Assembly (NCBI RefSeq): GCF_006345805.1
Contig: NC_043005.1
Location: 44,640,001-44,704,000 of the forward strand
Reading direction: 5' to 3'
Length of the DNA stretch: 64,000 bases
Source: Octopus sinensis
Lineage: Eukaryota
The number at the start of each line of letters is the position of its first letter. Positions within the stretch are counted from its first letter, which is position 1. Shown here in pieces: positions 23,780 to 36,197 of this stretch. The notes under the pieces were generated by a model. The model was given only the letters and a program-made list of their open reading frames with translations. It was not told the origin of the DNA and did not search any database. The translations under genes were made by a program, and so were the position numbers.

Positions 23780-24760
23780 TAGCAACATTAACCACAGTAT
23801 TTAAGTTACAATGGAATACAGTCACAAACAGCTACCCTTTCTGGATATTTTAATCATAAAAAGAGATACTAACATTGAAACTGACATCTACTTTAAACCA
23901 ACCGGCTCAAAACAATATCTTCTATTCTCTTCTTGTCATCTTATTTACTAAAATCAATATATGTTTTAATTTGGCAAAAAGAATTTGCACAATTGTATCC
24001 AATCCTGAAACCCAGGATATATACGATTCCAAGAACTTAAAAATATATTACCAGAAAGAAAATAGCCAATTAGTTTAATCAAAAATGGAATAGAACATGC
24101 AAATATGACAGACATCCAAGAATTACAAAAAACAAGAAAATTCCCTGACTTAATTAGAATTTTGCCTTACATATCAACACACAATCCAAGAAACATGGAA
24201 GCATACAATATCATCCATCAGAATATAACCTTCCTGCTGAATGGCCTACTAATGAAAAAAGCACTCGAAGCACATAAAATTATTAAAAGTAAAAGACAAC
24301 CAGAATCTCTAAAAAAGATTACTTACCAGTGCCAAATTACCCACCAAAATTACAATCCCACTAGTCAAAAAATGCAACTGCCCTTTCTGAATCAATCTTA
24401 TGAAAGGTTCAACATATGAGTTCAAGTCAGGTTAAATATTCACCATAAAAATCATTTCTCTCTGCATCAAAGAACTTGATTTATGTTCTCAAATGTGGTG
24501 GATGTGGTGGGGAGTACATAGGTCAAATGAGTTTGACCTTGTGGAACAAACTGATAATACACAAGCAACAGATTTGGGGCCCCATAACCAGGAACATTCC
24601 TCTTAGTACGCACCTGCATCAATGCCCCACAAACAAAAATCCAAAATGCCTGATTTTCATTCTCTATCAATGCACCTGAAACACTTCAGTTCAATTCCAA
24701 TTAAATTTTTTTTTAATGTTTATTAAAAACTATCAACCCCAACTAAATATCCTATCATAA
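23780..24760 (+). mobile_element. Penelope-like element fragment (RT C-terminus + GIY-YIG endonuclease), degraded
   Basis: FNLAKRICTIVSN (RT tail) and IYVLKCGGCGGEYIGQ...LIIHKQQI (GIY-YIG) in ORFs 23875, 24105 and 24476. Confidence 0.82.
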
Positions 24761-25639
24761 CACACCAGAAAGCAAAATCCAAGTTTGTTCATGAAAATTG
24801 ATCAGAGACAACAAATATAAATCGAAAAGTTTAAGTTATAGGCTTCCTTAGGGACTTGAAACCCTAATTCCAAACTACTGTACAATAATACCTTACACTT
24901 TCTCAAATACCAGTTGTGGACATCACTCTAGTCTAAATCAATGCTCTAAATCAAAATCAGACTCCTAGGAAAAAACAAATAAACATCAAGCTGATCAAAC
25001 CAGTGGATTCTTAAGGGAACCAGCCAACTGGAACACCAAATGAACATCAGGCAAAAACAGGTTATCAAGTTCTCACCAGAAAGTCAACCAGCCAGAGCAC
25101 TGAACTTTGCCAAAACAAAAATATTAAAACTAATGATATCACTTAACTTACAACTAATCAGAACTTGATCCTTTACAGTGCTCAACAAGGAATGGAAAGA
25201 TTTGACAAACAAACGGCATCATCAGGAAATCAAAACAAAAATATTACAAAATTTAAAAACTACACGTTTTGAGAATCAAGTGCATTTTCAACACACACAC
25301 ACATGCATATACATATTCATGCGTATGCACACACACACACACATGCATATACATATTCATGCGTATGCACACACACACATACACTTATACATGTATATAT
25401 ACATACATGTATATACATACATATTTTGACTTTGCATTTTGAATTTTTAAAAATAATGCAGTAATAATTAAATAAAGTATTTAATAACTGCTTGAAATTC
25501 TTGAAGTCAGTGGCTGAAGCATGGTCATTGTCCAGTGATGGAAACCAGCAAAAAAAAAACAAGAAGTATTATAATTATCTTTTTTGTGTGCTTTGATTTT
25601 TTTAAGAGGCCTAACTGTTTGAAATAAGAAACTTTATTA

Positions 25640-25870
25640 ATCATCATCATCATCATCATTTAATGTCTGTTTTCCATGCTAGCATGGGTTGGACAGTTTG
25701 ACAAGCTGGTAAGGCCAGAGAGCTGCACCAAACTCCACTTGTCTGTTTTGGCATGATTTCTATGGCTGGATGCCCTTCCTAACACCAACCACTTTACAGA
25801 GTGTACTGGATGCTTTTTATGTGGTACAAGCACCAGAGCTTCATATGTGGCACCAACACGGCTGCTTTGA
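25640..25870 (-). mobile_element. RTE 3'-end copy
   Basis: (CAT)n + ttaatgtctgttttccatgctagcatgggttggac...gctggatgcccttcctaacaccaaccac. Confidence 0.8.
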
Positions 25871-26454
25871 TATCATAGCCTAAAATCATAGAAGCATACA
25901 TTCTGAATGTGCGAAACTTCATATTACAACAACATTAGTTAATGATAAAGGAATTTGAATAAAGAGTAACTTATACAAATTTAATAAAACAAATCAATGA
26001 CCACATAAGATTAAAACTGCTAAGAATGAATTAGAGCATTAAGAAAAATCTAAAGCAACTGAACAAATCTTAAGAATGATATCACAGAAGAACTTGGCTT
26101 ATTTGAAGTGATACTTAACAAGTATTACTAATCATCATGTTAGTATTCTTGGAAGAGATTAACTGTTAATGTTATTGCATGTAAAAGCTGCATTCTTGAT
26201 GTAGAAAGTGAAGCCATAGACAAGTTTAAGAATTATTTTTACAATTGACTTTTTACATATTCTTTACGTTTTCCATCAACAGTAGCAAATACGGAACTTT
26301 GTTTACCTTATGCAACCTGTACACTTACAATAGAAGTGCATTTTCCCCACAAAATCAAAATATATTATTATATTATATTGTGTAACAATTGTAAATTGTA
26401 CAAACACAAATGTCTCTATATAGTTATTTAGCCTTTTTTTTGTTGTCACTCCAT

Positions 26455-26588
26455 TATTTTCCTCTCATCCCTTTCATTTGAAGAGCATAGGCTTGAAATG
26501 TCAAAGACTTTTTCATTTTTCCTGAGTGTCAAACACTTGCTTGATGTTCCCTCACCTGTCTTCATCTTTTGTTTTCTGTAAATTTGAA

Positions 26589-26600
<12 letters not shown>
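26455..26600 (+). mobile_element. Short repeat (family H3) with decayed hammerhead-like motif
   Basis: Homologous to 41520-41700 (rc) and 49190-49290; contains TTGAAGA-GCATAGGCTT-GAAATGTC. Confidence 0.55.
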
Positions 26601-26627
<27 letters not shown>

Positions 26628-27030
26628 GTTCAAATTTATATATAATCTTCTTGATTTTAACACTGAGTCATCAAAAGTTTTAGTGTGAAACTGTATTCAT
26701 AGGTCGTAGAGTAAATGGTGTCCCCGTGTCAATATGATTTGTTTCTGCCAAGCAAGTAGTCTGTATTGTCATTATCAGTATATTTGATCTATGTACAAGG
26801 CTTATTTCTCAAATGGCTCTGTTCACCTAACTGAGGTACCATAAAGCAGAAATTTTTACAAAGCAACAACACTGTAAAATTGATTTCTATTCTGGCACAC
26901 AATCACATATTTTTGAGAGAGATAGTAATCAATGAAATTAACCCCAACACCTACTCAGTATATTTGTTTCATAAATCCTGAAAGGATGGAAGGCAAAGTT
27001 AAATCTGGTGTAATTTGAACATAAAGCAAA

Positions 27031-27907
27031 TGAAGGTGGGCTGAAAAGTTCATAGGCTGAACCAGGTACTCTCATGGAATGTGACCAAATAAGGTTTATT
27101 TTTCAACATAGTATCTTTTGCAGTCCACATACTTCTTCCATCAGTGTTGTAGTGCTTTGATCTCATTGATGAAGAAGCTTTCTATCTAGGTGTTCAGAAT
27201 AGTTATCAACAACAGATATGATGTCATCCTCATTGTGATATTGGTTCCTAGTCAAGTGTTTTTTCATGTTGGGGAACAGATGATAGTCAGATGGGGCTAA
27301 ATCAGGAGAATAGGGAGGGTGATCAATCAGTTCAAAGCCACAGTTATGCACAACAGCCATTGAAACCAAGAACCTGTGTGCTTGAGTGTTGTCCTGATAA
27401 AACAAGACCCTTTTCGCCAGCTTTCCTGGGTGTTTGCTCCTGATAGCCTTTTGTAATTGCATTAGCAAACTGGCATAGTACTCTCCATTGACAGTGTGGC
27501 CCTTTTGAAGTTAGTCAATAAACACAATGTCTTTTGTATACCAAAAGAATGAGGCCATCACCTTCCCTGCAGATGAAACGACCTTGGTCGTCTTTGGAGA
27601 GGGGAAGAGGGATGTTTCTACAGTATGGATTGTCTCTTTGTCTCTGATTCAAAGTGATAAGGCCAACACTCATCCTGGGTTAGGAAATGTTGAAGGATAC
27701 CAGTTGGACCTGCTTCAAACAATGTCAAGTTTTCCTGTGATGTGATCAGCCTGGTGTGCTTTTGATCAGGTTTCAGATATGGCACCCACTGAGCAGAAAC
27801 CTTTGTTATGCCAAGCTCATAGTGTGGAATATTCTCAACTCTTTTGTGATATGCTGATAGCATTGGCTATTTGATTTATAGTCATGTCATCCATCAGCCC
27901 ACCCTTG
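27031..27907 (-). mobile_element. Mariner DD34D derivative with TIRs
   Basis: TIR core AAGGTGGGCTGA at both ends, TA at the right end; ORF 27163..27468 FYQDNTQAH...HPPYSPDLAPSDYHLF (34-residue D-D spacing); ORF 27618..27863 ELGITKVSAQWVP...TQDECW.YHF. Confidence 0.88.
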
Positions 27908-29399
27908 TAAAGGACCATAACTAAACATTACAAGACATTTGATCTGACATTACTATTTCTGCTAATTCATGTGACCATTTCATCTCCTCATAGAGTGTTC
28001 AGAAAAGGCATTAAATTTCAATAATTTTATTTCAAAGACAATTGGCCTGATGGATTGTCCTAATTATTTTTAAAATTAATATTTATAATTAATGACTAAT
28101 CCCCTAATGGATAACTCTAATTACTTAAAAGTGATATATCTGACTCAGCCATCTCACCACAAATAGATTATCTAAGAAAAGAAGTATAAACCACCAATGT
28201 AGATCGATATCATCAATACCACATTTACTGCCCTACAACAGTTGGTAATCTAATTAACTGCTTAGAAATGGATGTAGATTTATATCTTGTTTTGTTGTTT
28301 AGCTTAGCCCTGATCATGCTAGCCTTATGATCAAAGGCATTCTGACAATGACTATACCATTTTTTAATATTGATGCATTATATTCTGGTATAGCATCTTT
28401 ACATACATCTTGATCTCATGTCATCTCACAATGAAATAGCTTAAGTAAGACTTTGAAACAATGAAGCTCACAGATAAGACAAATATCAAAAGAAATAAAG
28501 TAATGCCATTCTGCAAATCTATCTGGTACATACCAGTATTACAAAACAGATATGAAAATAATGGTGATGACTGTGATAGTCAAAGATACATTTTATTGTT
28601 TTAATAACAATACCAGCATACTATATTTTTCCCATTTTGACACTGGTTTTATGATAACATTTTACAATACACTTGAGTTAGAATATTTAACATATTCTTG
28701 GTCTAAACAATTTGGAATCTGAATAATATTAAGCTGAAGAATTTTATAAAAATCATCACAATGAATAATTACTTCAAAAGTACAAAAACTGATTTAACTT
28801 TTGGTCAGTTTGCCATTAAAACTGAATACTTTTGAGGCTTATATTAGTAACTTATTCAAAATAATGTAAATTTAAAATCTAGAAAGAACCATAACATGTC
28901 ATCAAAATTTATATATTTATGGAGAATAAGGAAATATTACATGAAATTATGTTACGCTTTCAGAAAGATTATTTAGAAAATATTTCTCTCTATCATAAAC
29001 AAGATATTAAAGCACAAAATAAAGAAATTGTAATATTATTTGTCTATTTCAATAATAAGAATTATTATTAGGTAAATATATTGCATTGTTCTTTTAGTAA
29101 ATAAAAGAAATTTTAAGTAAATATATAAAAGTATCAAACAAAAGCAAGATAATTGAAACTCTCCAGTTCAACCAAGTTTCATCCACATGACTTTCTACAG
29201 ATATTCTAGAAAGTATTGCAAAAATGTCCTCCTTATTTTTTTCCCCTATTTTTCATATTCATAGAAGTATATAGGCATAGTGGATAAAGATACAGAATTA
29301 TTTCTGGATTATGAGTTCAAATCCCATAGAGGAGGCTTATTGTGCATCTGCACAGATCACTTTATTCTACTCTGCCTTGATTTACCAAGCTGCTGCAAG

Positions 29400-30850
29400 G
29401 AGATATATTTGATCAAATGGAAATATTTAACCTTAGGCTAGAGTTCTCCAGTTGTTTTGACCCATCTTATCCTTGAATTTGGACTCTGGTTCTGATTATG
29501 TTTCTTAGTAGCCACCACATCTTTCTCTTATCTCTAAAAATCTCAACCAGTCCACTATATAATACACAGATATCCACTACCAGATGTATGGATAAACTTT
29601 ATTAAAAATTTTTCTTGATTTTATCTTCCTAAGTATCCCACCTTTTCTTTCTTTGACTGTTACAGCATATAAATAAGATTCTTGACAAAACTTCCAATTT
29701 ACTCAGTTTTTAATGCTAGCAGAGCATCAAAATAAATTCTTGCAGAATCTTTGCAATGTGTCTAATTCCTAAGAAGAGTTGCCTTTGGAAACCAGCTGAC
29801 TGCCTTCACTTCTAATGCAATGGAAACAGTCATAAACAATTATCTCCCCTATCAACCTGACTTTCACATTTTTTGTGAGATTTATAGTAATTAGGGATCC
29901 TCTAATGAGTCACTTAAAGAGCTAGAAATACATTAAATCTCCCTCAGATCACTCTTCATTGTCTTAAAAAATATACACTGGGTAATACAGTCTGGGATGC
30001 ATTTTATATAAAAAAAAGACAAGATGTTCATGGCTGGAATGCATTTGGTCATATATTTACTTGATCAGGGTCAACTTGGTACTAAAAAATAATGACAATG
30101 ACATTAAATTTAACTCTGTATCAAAAATAATGTTGTTGCACTTTGCACCCTCAAAGACTTCATTTGTGCTGGGTATGAAAAATTTCAACACAACTTACTT
30201 AAACATAGGTAAAATCTGCCTCTCATATCTTGAGATGAGATGCTTCCTACTCTTTTCATTTGAGTGCAGTTCAGAGTTTGCTTATGCCTCTTGTTTTTCA
30301 ATTTCTTCTTTATAATAAAGACCTTCTCACTTTAACTGACCAAACTACACTTCTCTGTGGATGACACCATCACTCAAGTCCTTTTAATCTACTAAAGAGA
30401 GATGGCATCTACATCATGCTCAGGTAACCCATGCTAGACTTGAACTTCTTCTATGAACAGGAATTCAATAACTTTCTACAATGGAAATAACTGAACTTCT
30501 TTCAGCAGTGTTAAAGTACAGTTCCTGATTGGTTAGATAATTGCAGTTTATGTTCAATTTGAACTAAGAGAAAGCTTCCAGATTGATTGGCAAAGATACA
30601 ATTACCAATAATTTATTTCCACAAGACCATAAGGTATGCTGTTTCTTCTGTTTTCTCTAACATTACTATAAAGCCTTCTGCTTTTCTGAACTTGGAAGTT
30701 GCATGCCATCTCTGTCCAAACTCATTTTTGCAGCTATTTCTTTTCAGTTCATCATTCCTATTCTGTTTTATTGTAACAGAACCTGCACTTAATGTTTTCT
30801 TTAATCCTACCTCCTGTAACTGAAGCCCTCAGGAATTTTTCCTGCAGGCA
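29400..30850 (-). mobile_element. Very degraded LINE-like coding relic (possibly CR1/L2 ORF2 N-half) with a short repeat insertion at about 29960-30080
   Basis: Stop-poor stretches on the minus strand (QEVGLKK...KFRKAEGFIVMLEK; FRDKRKMWWLLRNI) weakly resemble APE/linker regions; no diagnostic motif. Confidence 0.25.
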
Positions 30851-31480
30851 CCAACCTATAACCATTGAATATAGACATCAAACACATCAATCTCATTAGT
30901 ATAAGTAAAGGAACACTGAAACAAAGGTCATAGTTACTGGCCATGTATTTTCTATTAAGCAAATGCTTAGAAATAAAATAAGTCACAGGGAGGATAGTAT
31001 TAATTTCTGATTGCTATACTGTAGTTACTAGTTGACTAAAGGAGTTAAATATTCACTAAATCTAACTTGAAATAACCTTTGGTAGCAAATGTCTTTCAAT
31101 ATTGTCTCTAACAAACTCCCACAAACATCACATTAGCATAATTCATCGCTATAATTCATGTCAGTCCTAAAACAACTTCACTCTTTGGTGAAATATTCAT
31201 GTATAAACATCAATGAAAACCCCATTTTCCCTTTCTACAAAAATCGTAATCATTTTATCTGTAACATTCTAACAATAAATGTATCTGAGATAATGAATTT
31301 GCTTACAACTAACCAAAAAAAAAAAAAATGTTCTATTCAACCAGCATAAAAAATAGATCATTTCATCTTTCTTTCTTCCTTTAATCATTTTATAAACAAC
31401 ATCCTCAGTCTTCTGAAACAACTATTTTTTGCTAATACTTTTACTTGCAGCTCGTATTTTCCTTCCAGCTTCTAACTTGG

Positions 31481-31511
<31 letters not shown>

Positions 31512-31974
31512 GAAAAGAAAGCAAAAACACTAAGAACCATGACACAAACTTCATATTGGTAATTTCCAATATTGTCTTTTTTTTATCACAGAAATTTCAG
31601 CATGTTTTTTTGACAAACGCCTTAATTTAAAACAGAAATGTCTGACAATTATTCAAGATAATATAAGAAGCAGACACTTCCCAGAATAAACAGGTTGCTT
31701 TATTACAAAGTAATATAGAAAACAAAAAGCAAAAAAAAATACAATTATAATATTAAAACATGTCATTTAAATATTCAGTCTCACAGAATGTCTGTAGAAT
31801 TAAGAAGGTAAAAACTGTAGCTACCAATAATGTCTTTATGGTTAATTAGCACTAATATGTTAATTATATTAACTCCTCATTTTTTCTGATTAAAAAAGAA
31901 AGAAAAAAGAAATGATGATGATGATTATTGTTCTTTTTTACTGCAAACTTATGCATTTGCAGAGCGGGTGGTTA

Positions 31975-32005
<31 letters not shown>

Positions 32006-32819
32006 TTTTTTTTTTTTTGCTCAGATTACTTGATGCAAACTGTTTGTGTTTTTAGTAACAAAAGAACCTTAGAATAATTAAATACTCGTCCTATTACCTG
32101 GGGTGGAAAACAAAGGTTCATTCTTAGATATTTTATTGTGAACAATTTGATTTGTTTATTAGTGTTTCAATATGGCCACCGCTGTAGCAGTAGGAAGAGG
32201 TACTAGTCACAGTTTAGTAGCAATGAATACACCCACAGAATTTTTGGAGACAAATACTTTTAAAAAGAAAGAAACATGGAAAACAATGGCAATTAAACAG
32301 ACATAGTTATAATTACAATTTGAGAAGCACAAAGTAATAATACTGTTGTAAATGCAAATTTAAATAGTAATAACTGTGGGTTTACTACTAACAACAGCAA
32401 CTCATCTTTTTTACATTGCAATCCAAAAAGATTTGGGCAAATTTAAGGCAAATGAAAAGAGAAACTACATAGAGTAATGGTTAGGAGAGATCTTCAGATG
32501 CCCAGTCCTTTTCATATAGCAGTTTGCGCTATTTTTGTGATTGTCTTAGTTCTATATTGATAAGAGTTTTCATGTTAAACATGTGCTAAGTTCACAGTTT
32601 TATTTGTTTATGCACAGCCTAACATGTTTTGTGGGAGGTGTGAGACCAAAGCATTAGAAGATTGTTAGGCTGTTGGACAAAATGCTTTGTAATATTTAGT
32701 TACATTTCTTTAAGCCTTTTGAATTAGGATTTCTCTGTCAAATGTATTACTTGCTTATTCAAATTCTTTTGAATTAATCATGTATTATCTGGTAGCTTCA
32801 AGATTTTGATGATGCGATT

Positions 32820-33210
32820 ATTCTTTTATTCTTTTACTTGTTTCAGTCATTTTGACTGTGGCCTTGCTGGAGCACCACCTTAAAGGATTTTAGTCAAGCA
32901 AATCAACCTCAGGACTTCTTTCTTAAGCCTAGTACTTATTCTGTTGGTCTCTTTTGCTGAACCACTAAGTAACAGGGACGTAAACACTACAGCACCAGTT
33001 GTCAAGCAGTGATGATGGGACAAACACAAACACAGAGACAAAGAAACACACACACACACACACACACACACTCATTAAATGGGCTTCTTTCAGTTTCCAT
33101 CTACCAGATCCACTCACAAGGCTTTGGTTGGCCCAAGGCTATGGTAAAAGAACATTCAAGGTGCCTTATAGTGGTTGGGAAGCAAGCTTCTTAGCACACA
33201 GCCACACCTG
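32820..33210 (-). mobile_element. SINE family B
   Basis: Both halves homologous to 34728-35148. Confidence 0.8.
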
Positions 33211-33644
33211 TGCCTAAAAAAATAGGTTGCTCTAAAGTAGAGAGCAATCCCATATGTGTTAGAAAGATTGCTCGATCTCTTCTGTACTTGTCAAGGGGAG
33301 TGCTTAGCATCTCTCCTTTTGTTGCAATGAAATTGTAATGGTAGGTAGGAGGTTCCGAAAGGGGTCTCAGGGAGTAGCATCTCTGCCTTTCTGAGCTAGT
33401 TTTCCACCACATTTCTTAAAAATTGTGGTAGAGGCTGTAGTCTCGGGAACACTCATGTCTAGAAATTGAAGTTGGGGGTAAGCAAGGGCATGCTCCCCAT
33501 AGAAAATCCATCTTCAAAAAAACCTTATGATAGCAAAGGAGAATGGGCACCAGCCAGCCCAAAGATTGGGTAGGCTGCACCTACCTACCTTGGTTGCTAT
33601 GGCATTGAGGTAGATCCAGCCACCCCCGTTAATAGGAACAAAAC

Positions 33645-33757
33645 TTGGATTTAAAATACTGGATGATGATGAGGTATAAGAGACCAGATCTGGCCAGCTT
33701 GAATATGAAGCAGGTAGACTATCTGTGCATAATCTGGCCAGTTTAAATACTAAAGGG
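33645..33757 (-). mobile_element. Partial TTAA-type MITE, same family as 55522-55740
   Basis: Ends ggccagtttaaatactaaaggg|ttaa. Confidence 0.55.
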
Positions 33758-34029
33758 TTAAAGGTGAGTTTGATTGAATAAGGTACCAGCTAAGGAGTAG
33801 GGACAAATAATTTTTATTGACTATTCCATCCGCTACGCAATATACGACCTTAGAAATCCTTGATATTATTTGAATAGCAAAAAAAAAAAAAATAGAAGAC
33901 AGTTAGATTATATGCATTGAGATGTTTTGTTGTTTCTTATGATCTGAGTTCAAATCAGGGATTGATTTTTTCATGTGACATTGTACCTCAGAAACCATTA
34001 TTTTTGCTACTGTTGTTGCAAGTACCAAC

Positions 34030-34440
34030 ATCACCAGCAGCAGCAGCACTGCCACCACCACCACCACGCCACCACTACCACCACCACACCACCACCGCCA
34101 CCACCATCACCACTACCACCACAACCACCAACACCACAACCGCCACCACTACCATACCACCACCAACACCACACCACCACACCACCACTGTCACCACCAC
34201 CACCACATCACCACCACACCACCACTACCACCACCACACACCACCACCACCACCACCACCACCACTACCACCACAACCACCAACACCACAACCGCCACCA
34301 CTACCATACCACCACCAACACCACACCACCACACCACCACTGTCACCACCACCACCACATCACCACCACACCACCACTACCACCACCACACCACCACCAC
34401 CACAACCACCACCACTACCACCACTGCTACTACTACTACT
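34030..34440. repeat. Degenerate (CAC/ACC)n tract with 152-bp internal tandem duplication
   Basis: Markers aaccgcc (G at 34142 and 34294) and ctgtc (G at 34190 and 34342) recur at a 152-bp offset; explains the Pro/His/Thr ORFs. Confidence 0.9.
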
Positions 34441-34727
34441 AAGAACATTCATGCAGGATATACAAACGTTTAAAGATTGACTCAGTTATATTTGTGAGAG
34501 ATTAATATATATTGATTGATATGTAATTTTCCTAAATGTTATCTTGTACTGCAATCTTATCGAGCTGATGGTACAACATGGAAGCAGTAAAAACTATATA
34601 CAAATGGACTTTGAAATGATACTGACAGTAACAAGAACACCACTGGCTGTTCTTGCTACCAGTAATAATCTCAACAGCAACAATTGTAATTATTATTAGT
34701 AATTTGAGACAGTAACAGTAACATAAG

Positions 34728-35148
34728 CATAGGAGTGGCTGTGTGGTAAGTAGCTTGCTTACCAACCACATGGTTCTAGGTTCAGTCTCACTGCGTGGCA
34801 CCTTGGGCAAGTGTCTTCTAATATAGCCTCAAGTCGACCAAAGCCTTGTAAGTGGATTTAGTAGACGGAAACTGAAAGAAGCCCGTCATATATATGTATA
34901 TGTATATATATATATATGTATGAATGTGTATATGTCTGTGTTTGTCCCCCCCCAACATCGCTTGACAACCGATGCTGGTGTGTTTATGTCCCTGTAACCT
35001 CGCGGTTCGGCAAAAGAGACGAATAGAATAAGTACTAGCTTTACAAAGAATAAGTCCTGGGGTCGATTTTCTCGACTAAAAGGTGGTGCTCCAGCATGGG
35101 CACAGTCAAATGACTGAAACAACTAAAAGAGTAAAAGAGTAAAAGAGT
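34728..35148 (+). mobile_element. SINE family B, full length (tRNA-like head, internal microsatellite, (AAAAGAGT)n tail)
   Basis: A-box-like TGGCTGTGTGG, B-box-like GGTTCAGTC, tail gagtaaaagagtaaaagagt. Confidence 0.88.
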
Positions 35149-35287
35149 GTCAGTCATCCTAGTCTTGAAGGATCTGCAATGGTCATTGGAACAACTCTTC
35201 CAGACCAATGAAAGTAACAACAATGAAATCAACCAAAATGGTTGTTTTAGAATTGCCTCTTTAAGTGGAATTGCAAACCTAATAATT

Positions 35288-35691
35288 CTCTCTTTTACTC
35301 TTTACTTGTTTCAGTCATTTGGCTGTGGCCATGCTGGAGCACCACCTTTAGTCAAGCAAATCGACCCCCTGGAGTTATTCTTTGTAAGCTTAGTACTTAT
35401 TTTATCATTTTTTTTTTGCCAAACCACTAAGTTACAGGGACGTAAGCACACCAGCATCGGTTGTCAAGCGATGTTGGGGGACAAGCACAGACACACAAAC
35501 ATATACACACACACATACATACACATATATACAATGGGCTTCTTTCAGTTTCTGTCTACCAAATCCAAATCCACTCACAAGGCTTTGGTTGGCCCAAGGC
35601 TATAGTAGAAGACACTTGCCCAAGGTGCCACGCAGTGGTACTGAACCCAGAACCATGTGGTTGGTAAGCATATACCACACAGCCACTCCTA
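35288..35691 (-). mobile_element. SINE family B, full length, inverted relative to 34728-35148
   Basis: Reverse-complement homology over about 400 bp. Confidence 0.88.
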
Positions 35692-35891
35692 CATCTGTTA
35701 ATATTCTTCAAGAACAATTGCAAGTTAATGGTTACAGAAGAAAGCATAGGCAGAAATGGATTTCTTGAAGGGAAGATGATGATCTAGGGAGGATGGACTG
35801 GGAATAGTAGTTAGTACTGAACCTGAGATGGTAGACAATATGGCTGACAAGGATAGCAATGGTGAATGGGCTAGAATTGCCTGAGAGGAAG

Positions 35892-36197
35892 CTTTGTTGT
35901 TTGTTCCTTCTCGAGCCATGCCCGGCTCATAAGGGCTGGTTTCCCAGTTTCTTGGCGTATAGGTTCCCCACCTGGATGGGATGCTGGTCCATCGCAGGTG
36001 AGCTGCAAGATGCAGGAGGAAAGAGTGAAAGAAAGTTCTGGTGAAAGAGTCAGCAGAAGTTTTGCCATTAACTTCTGCCAGAGCTGTGTGGAGCTTAGGT
36101 GTTTTGCTCATAAACACACACATCGCCCGGTCTGAGATTCGAACCCGCAATCCCTCGACTGCGAGTCCGCTGCTCTAACCACTAGGCCATGTGCCTC
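35892..36197 (-). mobile_element. tRNA-derived SINE family D with near-intact Pol III boxes
   Basis: Minus strand TGGCCTAGTGG (A box) ... GGTTCGAATCT (B box), central CCTGCGATGGACCAGCATCCCATCCAG block, short AAC-rich tail. Confidence 0.82.

Noticed and set aside
29960-30450. Tigger/pogo transposase (apparent DETGLFYK-like and FKAS.GWL-like motifs)
   Set aside because: The DETGL-like string lies in a short dispersed repeat also seen at about 15080-15150 and 28295-28360, so the motif is coincidental; the remaining similarity is too weak.
33400-33640. RTE-like 5' UTR and unclassified GC-richer islands (also 13040-13680, 44395-44720, 54000-54900)
   Set aside because: Probably old TE fragments, but I cannot assign a family from sequence alone.
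33917-34480. Proline-rich/extensin- or formin-like protein
   Set aside because: Low-complexity (CAC)n tract open in multiple frames, with no flanking domain or convincing splice context.
36125-36197. tRNA gene
   Set aside because: A and B boxes are present, but there is no pairing acceptor stem and the sequence continues into a SINE body found elsewhere in the window; it is a SINE head.
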